This document shows, in pieces, positions 38,342 to 47,523 of a stretch of 64,000 nt of DNA. The stretch lies in the IMG/VR virus record IMGVR_UViG_3300035698_024194. One strand, written 5' to 3'. Below the pieces are notes generated by a model. It was given only the letters and a program-made list of their open reading frames with translations. It was not told where the DNA came from and searched no databases. This stretch comes from an uncultured virus (IMG/VR IMGVR_UViG_3300035698_024194) (Duplodnaviria; Heunggongvirae; Uroviricota; Caudoviricetes). Position numbers and translations under genes: made by a program. Each line of letters opens with the position of its first letter. Position 1 is the stretch's first letter.

Positions 38342-40305
38342 TAACTTGCATTCCAAGTAATACTTATTTGAGTTAAATATCCTGTCCAAGATGCTCCTGC
38401 CGCGATTCTAAAATACATTCTATCACCAGAATTTGCAGAACTTTTAGTTCCAACCGTTATACCAAGATTAACTGTAGGGATTGTAATATCATTACCTAAT
38501 GTAGCAGAATAAGCTCCATCTCCATCATCCCATTTATTAGTTTCAAATGCTTTTATAACATCTAACCAGCCAGTTGAATTCCCTGAACTTGGTGGAGTTG
38601 ATCCTGGTAATTTAATTTCCATTGATATATGATTGGCTCCAGTAAAACTAGCTACATTTACTAAAGTAGCTGATCCTTGAATGTTTAATCTAAAGTTAGA
38701 AGCTGCTGTAGCATTATTAAAATACCCATAAAAATATCTTGTACCCGATGCAGATGAATAATCAGGATTGCCAGCAGGAGCTTCTCCTATTGAGCTAAAA
38801 TCATATGTAGGATATATTAATCGTGAATTATAACATTGTAACTCAGATGTATATGTTCCAACCAATGATGTAGCACTATTATAATTAACTACAAGAGTTG
38901 TATTATTAAAATCACTAGTTGCTTCAAATCTTCTATCTTCACCAGTAAAATATTGAGCAGGGGCAGTAGCTGAATCACTATTTGAATCAAGTAAAAGATT
39001 ATAATTATTAGTGATACTTGATGTTTCAGTACCTTGTAATGTCCTATATATTCTTGTACTTATACCAAGTTGATTTCCTGATCCTCCTTGATATAAAGGT
39101 AAAATTCTATTAGAATCAACTGTAACTATTTTATTTGTAATTGCAATAGTATCTGTTTCAGTTGCCATGACAGGTATTGATGAAGAAGCTACTGCACAAT
39201 TAGTTGTCGTAGGATGACTAATAGCTGAAGAATTTGAACTATATGTATTTAAATATGCATTATTAACTATAACATCATATCTAGCACTTCCTGCTGTATG
39301 ATATTCAATACCAGAAATATCATTTGATCCAGTCATTGCAAGCGTATCAATAATAGGAGAAGAAAATGTTGTATCAGTTATCTCATCATCAACAACCCAT
39401 GTAAATATATTTGTAACTAATCCGCCTTCGCTATGTTTAATTTGAATTGTATTATATCCATCTACAAGGTCAGCATTATCTACAACATATGTTCCTATTC
39501 TATATTTTCTTCCTGGAAATGTTCCACCAGCTGAAAATTCTACTGCCGTGGCTGCTCCTAAAATAAATCCTGTACCATTTCCATTTGTTGTAGTTCCTGA
39601 ACTATATGTAGTCAAGTCGACTGTGTGCTCAAGTGAACCATTTACCCATATAGTTAAAGAACCTTTATCACCACCACCAAATGCGTCGGCAGGATAAGCA
39701 TAAGCATGAGCAGGTATATCATCATTTAATGTACCTGTTAAACCTTGACTAGCTGTTATTATACCGCCATTATTTCCTGATTGAGTATAAGTATTATTTA
39801 TATCAAGTGATGGATGATCAGTATATCCTGAAATAGTATTACTTATACCAAATGAAAGTTTACCAGTTACACCAGATTCATTCCTTGATATTTGATCCAA
39901 ATTAGGTGCTGCTGGGGGAACTAATTCACCTAATACAGCATTCATTTCTTCTACTATGTTTGCCGCATTTGAAGTACTATCAATTGAAACTGCTCCAGGA
40001 TCAATATCACCAGATGAAGTTGTTCCAAATTCAAATGATGTAAAATCTAAATCACCCAGTGCAGTATTTATTTCTTCTACTACATCCGCCGCATTTGAAG
40101 TACTATCAATTGAAACTGCTCCAGGATCAATATTACCAGATGAAGTTGGTCCAAATTGTAATGATGTAAGACTTGAGGCAGTAGTTACTTGACGTTTAGT
40201 AACGAGATCAGTAGGGTTAATTGCATCTGCAGCATTAGTAAACCGCTTTGAATTACAATCTACATCTTCTGTAATTTCTAACCATCTTGAATTTAATTTA
40301 GTCAT
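38341..40305 (-). CDS. Putative virion structural (tail/fibre-like) protein with a 42-aa tandem duplication
   Basis: Ser/Thr/Gly/Asn-rich 654 aa; N-terminal ADAINPTDLVTKRQV; preceded by a late-type motif. Confidence 0.7.
   Translation of the reverse strand: MTKLNSRWLEITEDVDCNSKRFTNAADAINPTDLVTKRQVTTASSLTSLQFGPTSSGNIDPGAVSIDSTSNAADVVEEINTALGDLDFTSFEFGTTSSGDIDPGAVSIDSTSNAANIVEEMNAVLGELVPPAAPNLDQISRNESGVTGKLSFGISNTISGYTDHPSLDINNTYTQSGNNGGIITASQGLTGTLNDDIPAHAYAYPADAFGGGDKGSLTIWVNGSLEHTVDLTTYSSGTTTNGNGTGFILGAATAVEFSAGGTFPGRKYRIGTYVVDNADLVDGYNTIQIKHSEGGLVTNIFTWVVDDEITDTTFSSPIIDTLAMTGSNDISGIEYHTAGSARYDVIVNNAYLNTYSSNSSAISHPTTTNCAVASSSIPVMATETDTIAITNKIVTVDSNRILPLYQGGSGNQLGISTRIYRTLQGTETSSITNNYNLLLDSNSDSATAPAQYFTGEDRRFEATSDFNNTTLVVNYNSATSLVGTYTSELQCYNSRLIYPTYDFSSIGEAPAGNPDYSSASGTRYFYGYFNNATAASNFRLNIQGSATLVNVASFTGANHISMEIKLPGSTPPSSGNSTGWLDVIKAFETNKWDDGDGAYSATLGNDITIPTVNLGITVGTKSSANSGDRMYFRIAAGASWTGYLTQISITWNAS
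39927..40175. repeat. 126-bp tandem duplication inside structural gene
   Basis: gccgcatttgaagtactatcaattgaaactgctccaggatcaata at 39962 and 40088; encodes TSSG[ND]IDPGAVSIDSTSNAA twice. Confidence 0.9.
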
Positions 40306-40335
40306 TCATAAAACCCCTTTAAACAAGGAATATAC

Positions 40336-40349
40336 TTTTATTTTTGTTC
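40336..40349 (-). promoter_or_regulatory. Putative late promoter GAACAAAAATAAAA
   Basis: About 30 bp upstream of the 40305 start. Confidence 0.5.
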
Positions 40350-40407
40350 TAGTTATATTTATAGGTTGCTTGTCGCGCTTCACTTATTTTTTTCTTAGTT
40401 TCTTCCA

Positions 40408-43400
40408 CTAAAGATTCCCAGTAACAAGCCTTTCTAATATTGACTCATCAGGAGGTCTCGGGTAAATCATAGCTGTTTCAATACTTTTATTAAAATTCTC
40501 AAATTCTAATGATGATAACCAAGATTCATATACTGGTATATTTTTAATATTAGTAACAATTGCATCATATTTACCAGGATTCAATCTTGCAGGCATTCTT
40601 GGATTAATTTTATCTCTTAATAAATTACTAACCACTGTTTCAAAATGTACAAGATCTGCATCACTTTCAGAAGCATATTGATCAAATACCTTCATAAAAA
40701 AATGTTGTTCATCTTTCCACGCTTTTCTTCCTGATAAAAGAGCAGTTGTAACTTTAACTGCTTGTGTAAAATCTGTAGATGTTGGTTTAGCAGTCAATAC
40801 AGTATTTCCTTTTTTAACAGGTATAATTATAGTATTTTCATCTTCATCATACCCATCAGGAATATTTATATCAATTTCATAATCTAAAGTAATGTCAAAC
40901 TCTTTTCCCCCTGATCGTAATATAAAATAACCATAAGCTAGTTTAACAGTATCATTTATTTGGATATCAGCTTTGGGATCCATGAAGTCTGATTTTTTAA
41001 TTTCAATTGTGCAATCATTATTTGCAATCAATTGACTATCTTTATCAATGAATAACTTTTTAAATTCTTTTTTAGTCATTTCATCATAATTGTCAGTTGT
41101 TTGACTTATCAAATCAATTGAGTCAATTCCTACAGCCCCCCCTGTATGGAAAGTTCTCATAATTAACTGAGTACCTTTTTCACCTATAATACTTGCAGCA
41201 ATAATCCCAACATATGGAGAATCATTTCTAAGAGCTAATTGTCCATAACATGTAAGACAAAGTTTTCTTGATTTACAATATAAAGGAGATCTTAAAAGAA
41301 TTTTCTTATTTGTATCTGTCTTAGGATTAAATAAACGAAGTATTCCTTTTTTAGTCATTATTACTCTGCCTTCAAGCCTTTTAGCTATATCAGGTTTTGC
41401 AATTATTTCAAGATATTTTTTTGTTTTACAATCTTTAATCCTTGTATCAACTTCAACACTTTGACAAGCATAAATTAATTGTCTTGCAAGATACCCAGTA
41501 GTAGCAGTATTTAATGCTCTATTAACAATACCTTTTCTTGTTCCTGGTGATAATTCAAAGTATTGTTTTGAATCCATTCCGTCTGCAAATGCTGTGTCAA
41601 ATGGAGGTAACACATTACCTTCCACATCAGCAATTAATCCTTTAGCTACAAGTACTTGCCTTAGCTGACCATATCCACCTTTAGTAACTCCAGCTTGTGC
41701 TAGAATTGATAATCCATTATCAGGTTGAGTTTTTAAGAATTTCTCTAATTCTTTTTCCATTTGATCTAAAATCTTTTGAGCTGTTTCTGGGTCGGTACCT
41801 TTAAGTTGTTTTTTTAATTTAATTAATGAAGGCGGTATATCAAGATCGTTAATTGCAAATGATCCAGGAGCGATAGTATAATATTTAAATCCCAACCTTA
41901 ACATATCATCACAAAATTTACGATACACTTCTTCATTATATTTTCTAAATACTTGATTCTGAATAGATTTGAATTTACTTTTAGTTATTGGTTCATTTAC
42001 AAACGGATATGATTTAGGTAAATTTTGATTAAATAATACTCTACCTATTGTTGTTTTTTCTCCGTTATATGTTACCCCTTCATAAATTTTAAAATCATCA
42101 ATTTCTCTTTCATCCTTTAATACAGGGAAAGATTTAGGTAAAGGCTTTGGTGTACGAGTAGCCGCAAACATACCCGCAATTGAGTCTGCTGAGAAACTAA
42201 GTGATGTTTTTCCCATACCATCTTTAGATTCAGTAGTCATCATCTTGTCTTTAGCTTCTTGTATTGCTTCGTTTGTTACAGGTACAAAAAGAGCCATTTG
42301 ATCGCCATCAAAATCAGCATTATATCCATCACAAAGTAAAGGATTTAGTTTTAAAACTTTTCCCTCTACTAAAATAGGATAAAATGCTAATGTACCTTCT
42401 GAATGTAAAACAGGATCTCGTTTTGCAACAACTACTTTATCAGTTAATGCATATGAAATAGCTCGTCTTATATTATCTTCCAATTCTTTAGGAATTTCAT
42501 CCCCTTTATATATTCCATCAAGCAATGTACGAATACTACTAACTGATAATTCAGTTTTATTATATTCATACACAAGTGATTTAAGATTGTCTTTATCAAT
42601 TGATTTGCTATTGAGTAATTGAAATACAATAAATGGTTCAAATAATTTAACAGCAATTTGCATAGGAACTCCTATTTCATTGCTCTTTAATTCATTACCT
42701 GATCCCACAACAACTGCTCGGGCTGAATAATCAACTCTTTTTCCTAAAATATCATGTCTAATTAAACCTTCCTTCTTTGATATCTTAGAAGATATATATG
42801 AATATAAATCCTGAACCTTTTGTTGCATATTAGATGATAAAATATCAAATATAGTACCTTCTGGGATCATTGTTAGCTGTAAAGACAATCTAAGAATTTC
42901 TAAATAATAATCATTAATTTCATCATATTCTGCTACTCCACCCCCCTCTACACGAATATCTCTAAAGGCTACAGGCATTACAGGATATTTAGATATAAAA
43001 AATAAATCTTTTCTGATAAATTCATTTATTTTTTTTACAAGTCTATCTCGTTGTTCTGTCCCACCACGAAATTTTATTTTATCCATATTCTCAATAACAC
43101 TTGAAATCCCATGTATTATTCCTTCTTTATCAGGAACTAATGTACCAGCAGCATCAATATTATATCGTCCTTCCCTATTAATTGCATTTAATATATTTCT
43201 ACTAAGTCTTTTTAAGATAGCTATCAATGAAGGGTGTATAACTTTTGTATTCAAATCAATAAATCCAAAAGTAGTTGATCTTTCCTTTGTTTCAATTGGC
43301 CCAAATATAACTTCTGAAAACAATCCATCAGGATGAAAAGTTCCTTTTGTTATATGGATTTCAGTTGATGATACTTCCTTTAATTGACTTGCAAATTTTT

Positions 43401-43428
43401 CAACATCTAAAAGTTTAATAACTGACAT
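40408..43428 (-). CDS. rpoC: Multisubunit RNA polymerase beta' subunit, set 2 (probably virion)
   Basis: GLFSEVIFGP, LGKRVDYSAR, KRDPVLH, NADFDGDQMA, TGYLAR, TQLIMRTFHTGG; N-terminal zinc-finger Cys absent. Confidence 0.97.
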   Translation of the reverse strand: MSVIKLLDVEKFASQLKEVSSTEIHITKGTFHPDGLFSEVIFGPIETKERSTTFGFIDLNTKVIHPSLIAILKRLSRNILNAINREGRYNIDAAGTLVPDKEGIIHGISSVIENMDKIKFRGGTEQRDRLVKKINEFIRKDLFFISKYPVMPVAFRDIRVEGGGVAEYDEINDYYLEILRLSLQLTMIPEGTIFDILSSNMQQKVQDLYSYISSKISKKEGLIRHDILGKRVDYSARAVVVGSGNELKSNEIGVPMQIAVKLFEPFIVFQLLNSKSIDKDNLKSLVYEYNKTELSVSSIRTLLDGIYKGDEIPKELEDNIRRAISYALTDKVVVAKRDPVLHSEGTLAFYPILVEGKVLKLNPLLCDGYNADFDGDQMALFVPVTNEAIQEAKDKMMTTESKDGMGKTSLSFSADSIAGMFAATRTPKPLPKSFPVLKDEREIDDFKIYEGVTYNGEKTTIGRVLFNQNLPKSYPFVNEPITKSKFKSIQNQVFRKYNEEVYRKFCDDMLRLGFKYYTIAPGSFAINDLDIPPSLIKLKKQLKGTDPETAQKILDQMEKELEKFLKTQPDNGLSILAQAGVTKGGYGQLRQVLVAKGLIADVEGNVLPPFDTAFADGMDSKQYFELSPGTRKGIVNRALNTATTGYLARQLIYACQSVEVDTRIKDCKTKKYLEIIAKPDIAKRLEGRVIMTKKGILRLFNPKTDTNKKILLRSPLYCKSRKLCLTCYGQLALRNDSPYVGIIAASIIGEKGTQLIMRTFHTGGAVGIDSIDLISQTTDNYDEMTKKEFKKLFIDKDSQLIANNDCTIEIKKSDFMDPKADIQINDTVKLAYGYFILRSGGKEFDITLDYEIDINIPDGYDEDENTIIIPVKKGNTVLTAKPTSTDFTQAVKVTTALLSGRKAWKDEQHFFMKVFDQYASESDADLVHFETVVSNLLRDKINPRMPARLNPGKYDAIVTNIKNIPVYESWLSSLEFENFNKSIETAMIYPRPPDESILERLVTGNL

Positions 43429-43442
43429 TCAATTTCCCCCTG

Positions 43443-44249
43443 TTATACTTCATGAGTAGGAGATTCACCTTTTCTTAATATCATTTGGTCAATCACTGAT
43501 AAAAATAAATATATAATTAAAGCTATTGAAAAAACTATAAATACTTTTTTAAGAGTAACTCCTTTTAATTTGTCTGCTGCTACATCTGTTGCGGTTTTTC
43601 CAAAAGTGTTAGCAAATTCGCCTTTTATAGTAGTAATCTTAGCCATGTCTTGTAATATATCCCCTATCTTATTAGTTCCACAATATTTAATTAACCACGC
43701 ACACATTGAAACAATTATAATTGGAAAGAATGCAAAACTTTTTTCTTTCTTTGTAAAATTATTTCTAGTCATAAATTCTTTAAAACTTCTTTTAAAATTC
43801 GCTGTTGCTTGATTAGTAGAAATTCCATGGGTAGAAGCATTTGTCATAACTGCGATTGCACATATTGCTGCAATAGGAACAATAAACATTCCAGCAGCAG
43901 ATGTTATAACTGCTGTACTTCCTATTGTATTCCCTATAACAAGAGTTCTTACTAAATAAGGATATAATTGTTTAAATATATCTTTAAGATCTTTATATGA
44001 AATAAGTACATTCATTTTACTATGAGCTATATTTACATATTGCTTTAAAATCATCTCGCCACTTTTGGGTTTATTTAATTTTTTAGTTTGAAATTTTTTT
44101 AGGCTGGGAAATGATCTAGACAACATACTCATTAAAGAGCTTCTATTTTCAATTATTTTGTTTTGTGTTTTGCTCTTAGTAACTGAATTTAATAAATTCA
44201 TAAACCTTGAGACAACACCAGCTTTCTTTTTTATTTCATTAGTTTTCAT
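43443..44249 (-). CDS. Basic protein with several hydrophobic segments (putative virion/membrane protein)
   Basis: Three hydrophobic stretches; in a late operon ahead of rpoC set 2. Confidence 0.65.
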   Translation of the reverse strand: MKTNEIKKKAGVVSRFMNLLNSVTKSKTQNKIIENRSSLMSMLSRSFPSLKKFQTKKLNKPKSGEMILKQYVNIAHSKMNVLISYKDLKDIFKQLYPYLVRTLVIGNTIGSTAVITSAAGMFIVPIAAICAIAVMTNASTHGISTNQATANFKRSFKEFMTRNNFTKKEKSFAFFPIIIVSMCAWLIKYCGTNKIGDILQDMAKITTIKGEFANTFGKTATDVAADKLKGVTLKKVFIVFSIALIIYLFLSVIDQMILRKGESPTHEV

Positions 44250-45124
44250 AATACATTGCCTTTATTATATGAAGTAGATGAAGTGGAAGTACTTGATGTC
44301 CCACTAGCGGATGCTGTATTACTAGGAGTAGGAGTAGGAGTTTTAGCACCTCTTAATTTTAAATTTAATTTCTGTAATTTTTCTTTTTCTTTATTTATCA
44401 TGTCTCTAAATTGTCCCATAGTTTTCATCAATCCTTGTTTACATTTTTCAGGATTTTTAACATCTGGTGAATTACATTGTGTCATTTGACCATTAAGTTT
44501 ACTCATACCTCTTTGATAGTCTGTTATTTTACATCGACTTATACATATGTTTGTACTAATTTTTCTTTGAGGAGCAGATTTCATTCGCATTGTACAATTT
44601 TGAACACATTGTTTATTAACTTTTCTTAATGTTCCAAAAATTGCTTTTTTTGCTATCCATACTAAAATGCCAGGAATTATAAACCAACCTACACCAATAC
44701 GTGTTGCTCCCCATGCCGCTTTTCTTCCAAATGTTTTTGCTCCTTGTTTAAAAGCCGATTTTCCTGCTGCTTTTGCTGTTGCTGCTTTTGCTATTCCTTG
44801 GGCTTTTAATGCAGCATGATTTACTCCGTGTTTTGCTGCAACTTGTTCGTTAACAAACCCACCAAAAAGGAAACCTAATATATCCATAAATATACTAGAT
44901 TTTTCTTCAACTTTTTGAATCCTTAATGCCCTTGAATTTTTAGTTTCATTTGTTTGTTCAAAGAAAGGTTTTTTATCTATTACTGCTAATATTACATCTT
45001 CATACGAAGCTTCATGTACAATAAAATGTTTCAATTTTTTATTGTCTTTATATTTAGATTCATATAACCATTCTAAAAGAGTAGCTCGATAAAATCCATC
45101 AGTTAAATCTCTATCTCGTTTCAT
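44246..45124 (-). CDS. Cys-rich basic putative virion protein (paralog family)
   Basis: HEASYED, hydrophobic segment, C..C...C...C...QC....NPEKC. Confidence 0.7.
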   Translation of the reverse strand: MKRDRDLTDGFYRATLLEWLYESKYKDNKKLKHFIVHEASYEDVILAVIDKKPFFEQTNETKNSRALRIQKVEEKSSIFMDILGFLFGGFVNEQVAAKHGVNHAALKAQGIAKAATAKAAGKSAFKQGAKTFGRKAAWGATRIGVGWFIIPGILVWIAKKAIFGTLRKVNKQCVQNCTMRMKSAPQRKISTNICISRCKITDYQRGMSKLNGQMTQCNSPDVKNPEKCKQGLMKTMGQFRDMINKEKEKLQKLNLKLRGAKTPTPTPSNTASASGTSSTSTSSTSYNKGNVL

Positions 45125-45918
45125 TTATTATCTCTCTTTCTTTTTTCTATTATTTTTTCTCTTAATTTTCTTTTGAGAGTAATATTCCTTTTTAATTCTT
45201 TTTTCTCTAAATCAACTAACTTCCCTACCATTGTTGTAAGAGATCCTTTACATCTATCTGGATTTTCAATTTTAGGAGAATCACATTTTGATATTTCACT
45301 TCTTAATTTAGAAACAGTTTTCTTAAAATCAATAATTTTACAATCAGAAGAACATATTTCAATAGTCAATGGTTTATAATCAATTGTCGAATTAGCATAT
45401 TTTTTTTGACATGTTTTTCTACATTTGCTCATTGTATTTCTTAAATATGAAAAAGTAGCTTTTGATAATAAAGCAAATCCCCAAGTTAAACCAAATAAAC
45501 TTACAACTGGAGTAATAGCCCACGCTGTTTTGCCAGCTCCTCGTATTATTTTACTTGCTGATTTGAATTTTGGTTTATCCTTTGAAGTCATGCTTACTCC
45601 ACCAGGAAATAACCTTTTAATCAATTTCCTGATAGTATTATCACTTGTTCCCCCTGCTAAAATTGCTCCACCAATTGCAAATATTTCAGTAAAATCATTT
45701 TCTATTTTAGCAAGTTTTACTCTATTGCTAGCATCTTCTTTAAAGAAGGATTTCTTTTCAACTACTGCTAATACTACTTGTTGATAAGATGCTTCTCTTA
45801 TAATATAATTTTCAAGTACTTCAGACTGATCATATTTAGATTGTTTTAACCAGTCAAGTAATATAAGACGACAAAGTCCATCCATTATAACTCTGTCATT
45901 ATCTGTAATGTTTGCCAT
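45121..45918 (-). CDS. Cys-rich basic putative virion protein (paralog family)
   Basis: REASYQQ, hydrophobic segment, KC....NPDRC; clear paralog of 44246-45124. Confidence 0.7.
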   Translation of the reverse strand: MANITDNDRVIMDGLCRLILLDWLKQSKYDQSEVLENYIIREASYQQVVLAVVEKKSFFKEDASNRVKLAKIENDFTEIFAIGGAILAGGTSDNTIRKLIKRLFPGGVSMTSKDKPKFKSASKIIRGAGKTAWAITPVVSLFGLTWGFALLSKATFSYLRNTMSKCRKTCQKKYANSTIDYKPLTIEICSSDCKIIDFKKTVSKLRSEISKCDSPKIENPDRCKGSLTTMVGKLVDLEKKELKRNITLKRKLREKIIEKRKRDNK

Positions 45919-45948
45919 ATATTCCTCTCATAAATGAGTATGTACTAC

Positions 45949-45962
45949 TTTATATTTTGTTC
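45949..45962 (-). promoter_or_regulatory. Putative late promoter GAACAAAATATAAA
   Basis: Divergent intergenic region, ~30 bp upstream of 45918. Confidence 0.5.
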
Positions 45963-45988
45963 TATATTTCCATTGGGTGATCTGGGAT

Positions 45989-46010
45989 AGTAACAGTATT
46001 TTATATATAT
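45989..46010 (+). promoter_or_regulatory. Putative early/middle promoter AGTAAC-N7-TATATATAT
   Basis: Same spacing as the 1148 and 18265 motifs; precedes the plus-strand operon. Confidence 0.45.
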
Positions 46011-46060
46011 TTATTTATGATAAAAGTAAATTCTAAACTAATTTTTAAAGGAGATTTAAA

Positions 46061-46276
46061 ATGAATGAACAATTTCCAAATAATAAAGTAAAACGTATAG
46101 ACGAAATTGATGCAACCGAATCTCTAAATGACGGCGAGTTCGGGTTTGTTATGTTGATAGCAAAAAGATTAAATCAAGTTATAGACATAATTAATACCAA
46201 AAAATTATTACCTAAAATCGAAAAACTCAAAGTAGAAGAAACAACTTCCTATGATGATATAGACTTAGGATTTTAA
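46061..46276 (+). CDS. Small protein with SSB-like acidic tail
   Basis: AAGGAGA RBS; ends YDDIDLGF. Confidence 0.7.
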   Translation: MNEQFPNNKVKRIDEIDATESLNDGEFGFVMLIAKRLNQVIDIINTKKLLPKIEKLKVEETTSYDDIDLGF

Positions 46277-46338
46277 AGATACTTTCTTGAATAACAATTG
46301 CTACTAAATATATTTAATATTGTAAAGGAGAGTTATAA

Positions 46339-47103
46339 ATGAAAGAATGTAGTTTATTAGAAATTGGTACAAATCCGTTCACTACTAAATATTTATCTCA
46401 AGAAATCAAATGGTACGATACAAAAGATTATGAGAAAGACGGACTTACAATTAAATCAAGACAGCTCAAAGGAAGATGCGATGATTTCTTCAATAAGAAT
46501 TTTAGAATTGCAGATAATTCATCACCTTTTTGTCCTATATTACTTGTTGATAACCAAATATGGATGAGCTTGACTTATATGGAAACTCAATCAATGTTTT
46601 TGCCTATTTTTCTAGCTGAAGGTAAAATAGCAACTTCAGGATTAGGATTAGGATATTTTCCAATGCGAGTTGCAGAAAAGGATGAATGTGATTCAATTGA
46701 TGTTTATGAAATTGACCAAAGAGTTATCGATTATTTTAATCAACATTTTTCAAATAGGAAAGGATTTGACAAGATTAATATAATCAAAGGTGATGTAATG
46801 GGAACATTAAAAGATAAACAATATGATTTTATGTTTGCAGATCATTATCCTGATATGCTAGATGATGTTGTATTAGACGATTTTAAACATTTTAACAAAG
46901 TGAATGATATATCTAATTATTATTTTTGGGGACAGGAAAGAATCATTCTTCAGTATAAAATGGATGGATATGACCTTGATATACAATGGTATGAAAGAGA
47001 ATTATTTAAATGGTGGATACAAGGTGAAGATCATGAAATGTATAATCCTGTTAATGGAGATGAATTTATTGAAGACGCTCTTATCTTAATGAAAAGAATT
47101 TAA
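46339..47103 (+). CDS. SAM-binding Rossmann protein (spermidine-synthase/methyltransferase-like)
   Basis: WMS, SGLGLGY, VYEID, IIKGD, YDFMFAD. Confidence 0.8.
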   Translation: MKECSLLEIGTNPFTTKYLSQEIKWYDTKDYEKDGLTIKSRQLKGRCDDFFNKNFRIADNSSPFCPILLVDNQIWMSLTYMETQSMFLPIFLAEGKIATSGLGLGYFPMRVAEKDECDSIDVYEIDQRVIDYFNQHFSNRKGFDKINIIKGDVMGTLKDKQYDFMFADHYPDMLDDVVLDDFKHFNKVNDISNYYFWGQERIILQYKMDGYDLDIQWYERELFKWWIQGEDHEMYNPVNGDEFIEDALILMKRI

Positions 47104-47112
47104 AGGAGGAAC

Positions 47113-47523
47113 ATGAAAGACCCTAAAAATGAATTTGTAGGGTATAAAAAGATTTGGCTTAATCATTCTAAATACAAGCAAATTAAAAAATATGAAAATA
47201 AATTTATATATTTAAAATATCTTGCTTGGAACGGAAATACTCCTATACTTGCTTATATTGAAAATGTTAAATTAGATGAACCTATGATATGGATAGGCAA
47301 TGGGTCTAAAAGAGACCCCCCTCAATATATAGAACTTCAATATCTAGATATGACAGGATATAATCGTCCAGGATATGAAACTCAAATAATTCGTGTATGC
47401 ATGAACCAAAAGGAATATAATAATATATGGGTTAAACCATTATCAGTAACAGATCAAATATTAATGAAACTTAAATATGAGGAGGTAATTGATGGGTTTG
47501 ATAAAAGTAGTACTAACAGATAA
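47113..47523 (+). CDS. Small hypothetical protein of the IM[FW]KL motif family
   Basis: SVTDQILMKLKYEE near the C-terminus. Confidence 0.65.
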   Translation: MKDPKNEFVGYKKIWLNHSKYKQIKKYENKFIYLKYLAWNGNTPILAYIENVKLDEPMIWIGNGSKRDPPQYIELQYLDMTGYNRPGYETQIIRVCMNQKEYNNIWVKPLSVTDQILMKLKYEEVIDGFDKSSTNR

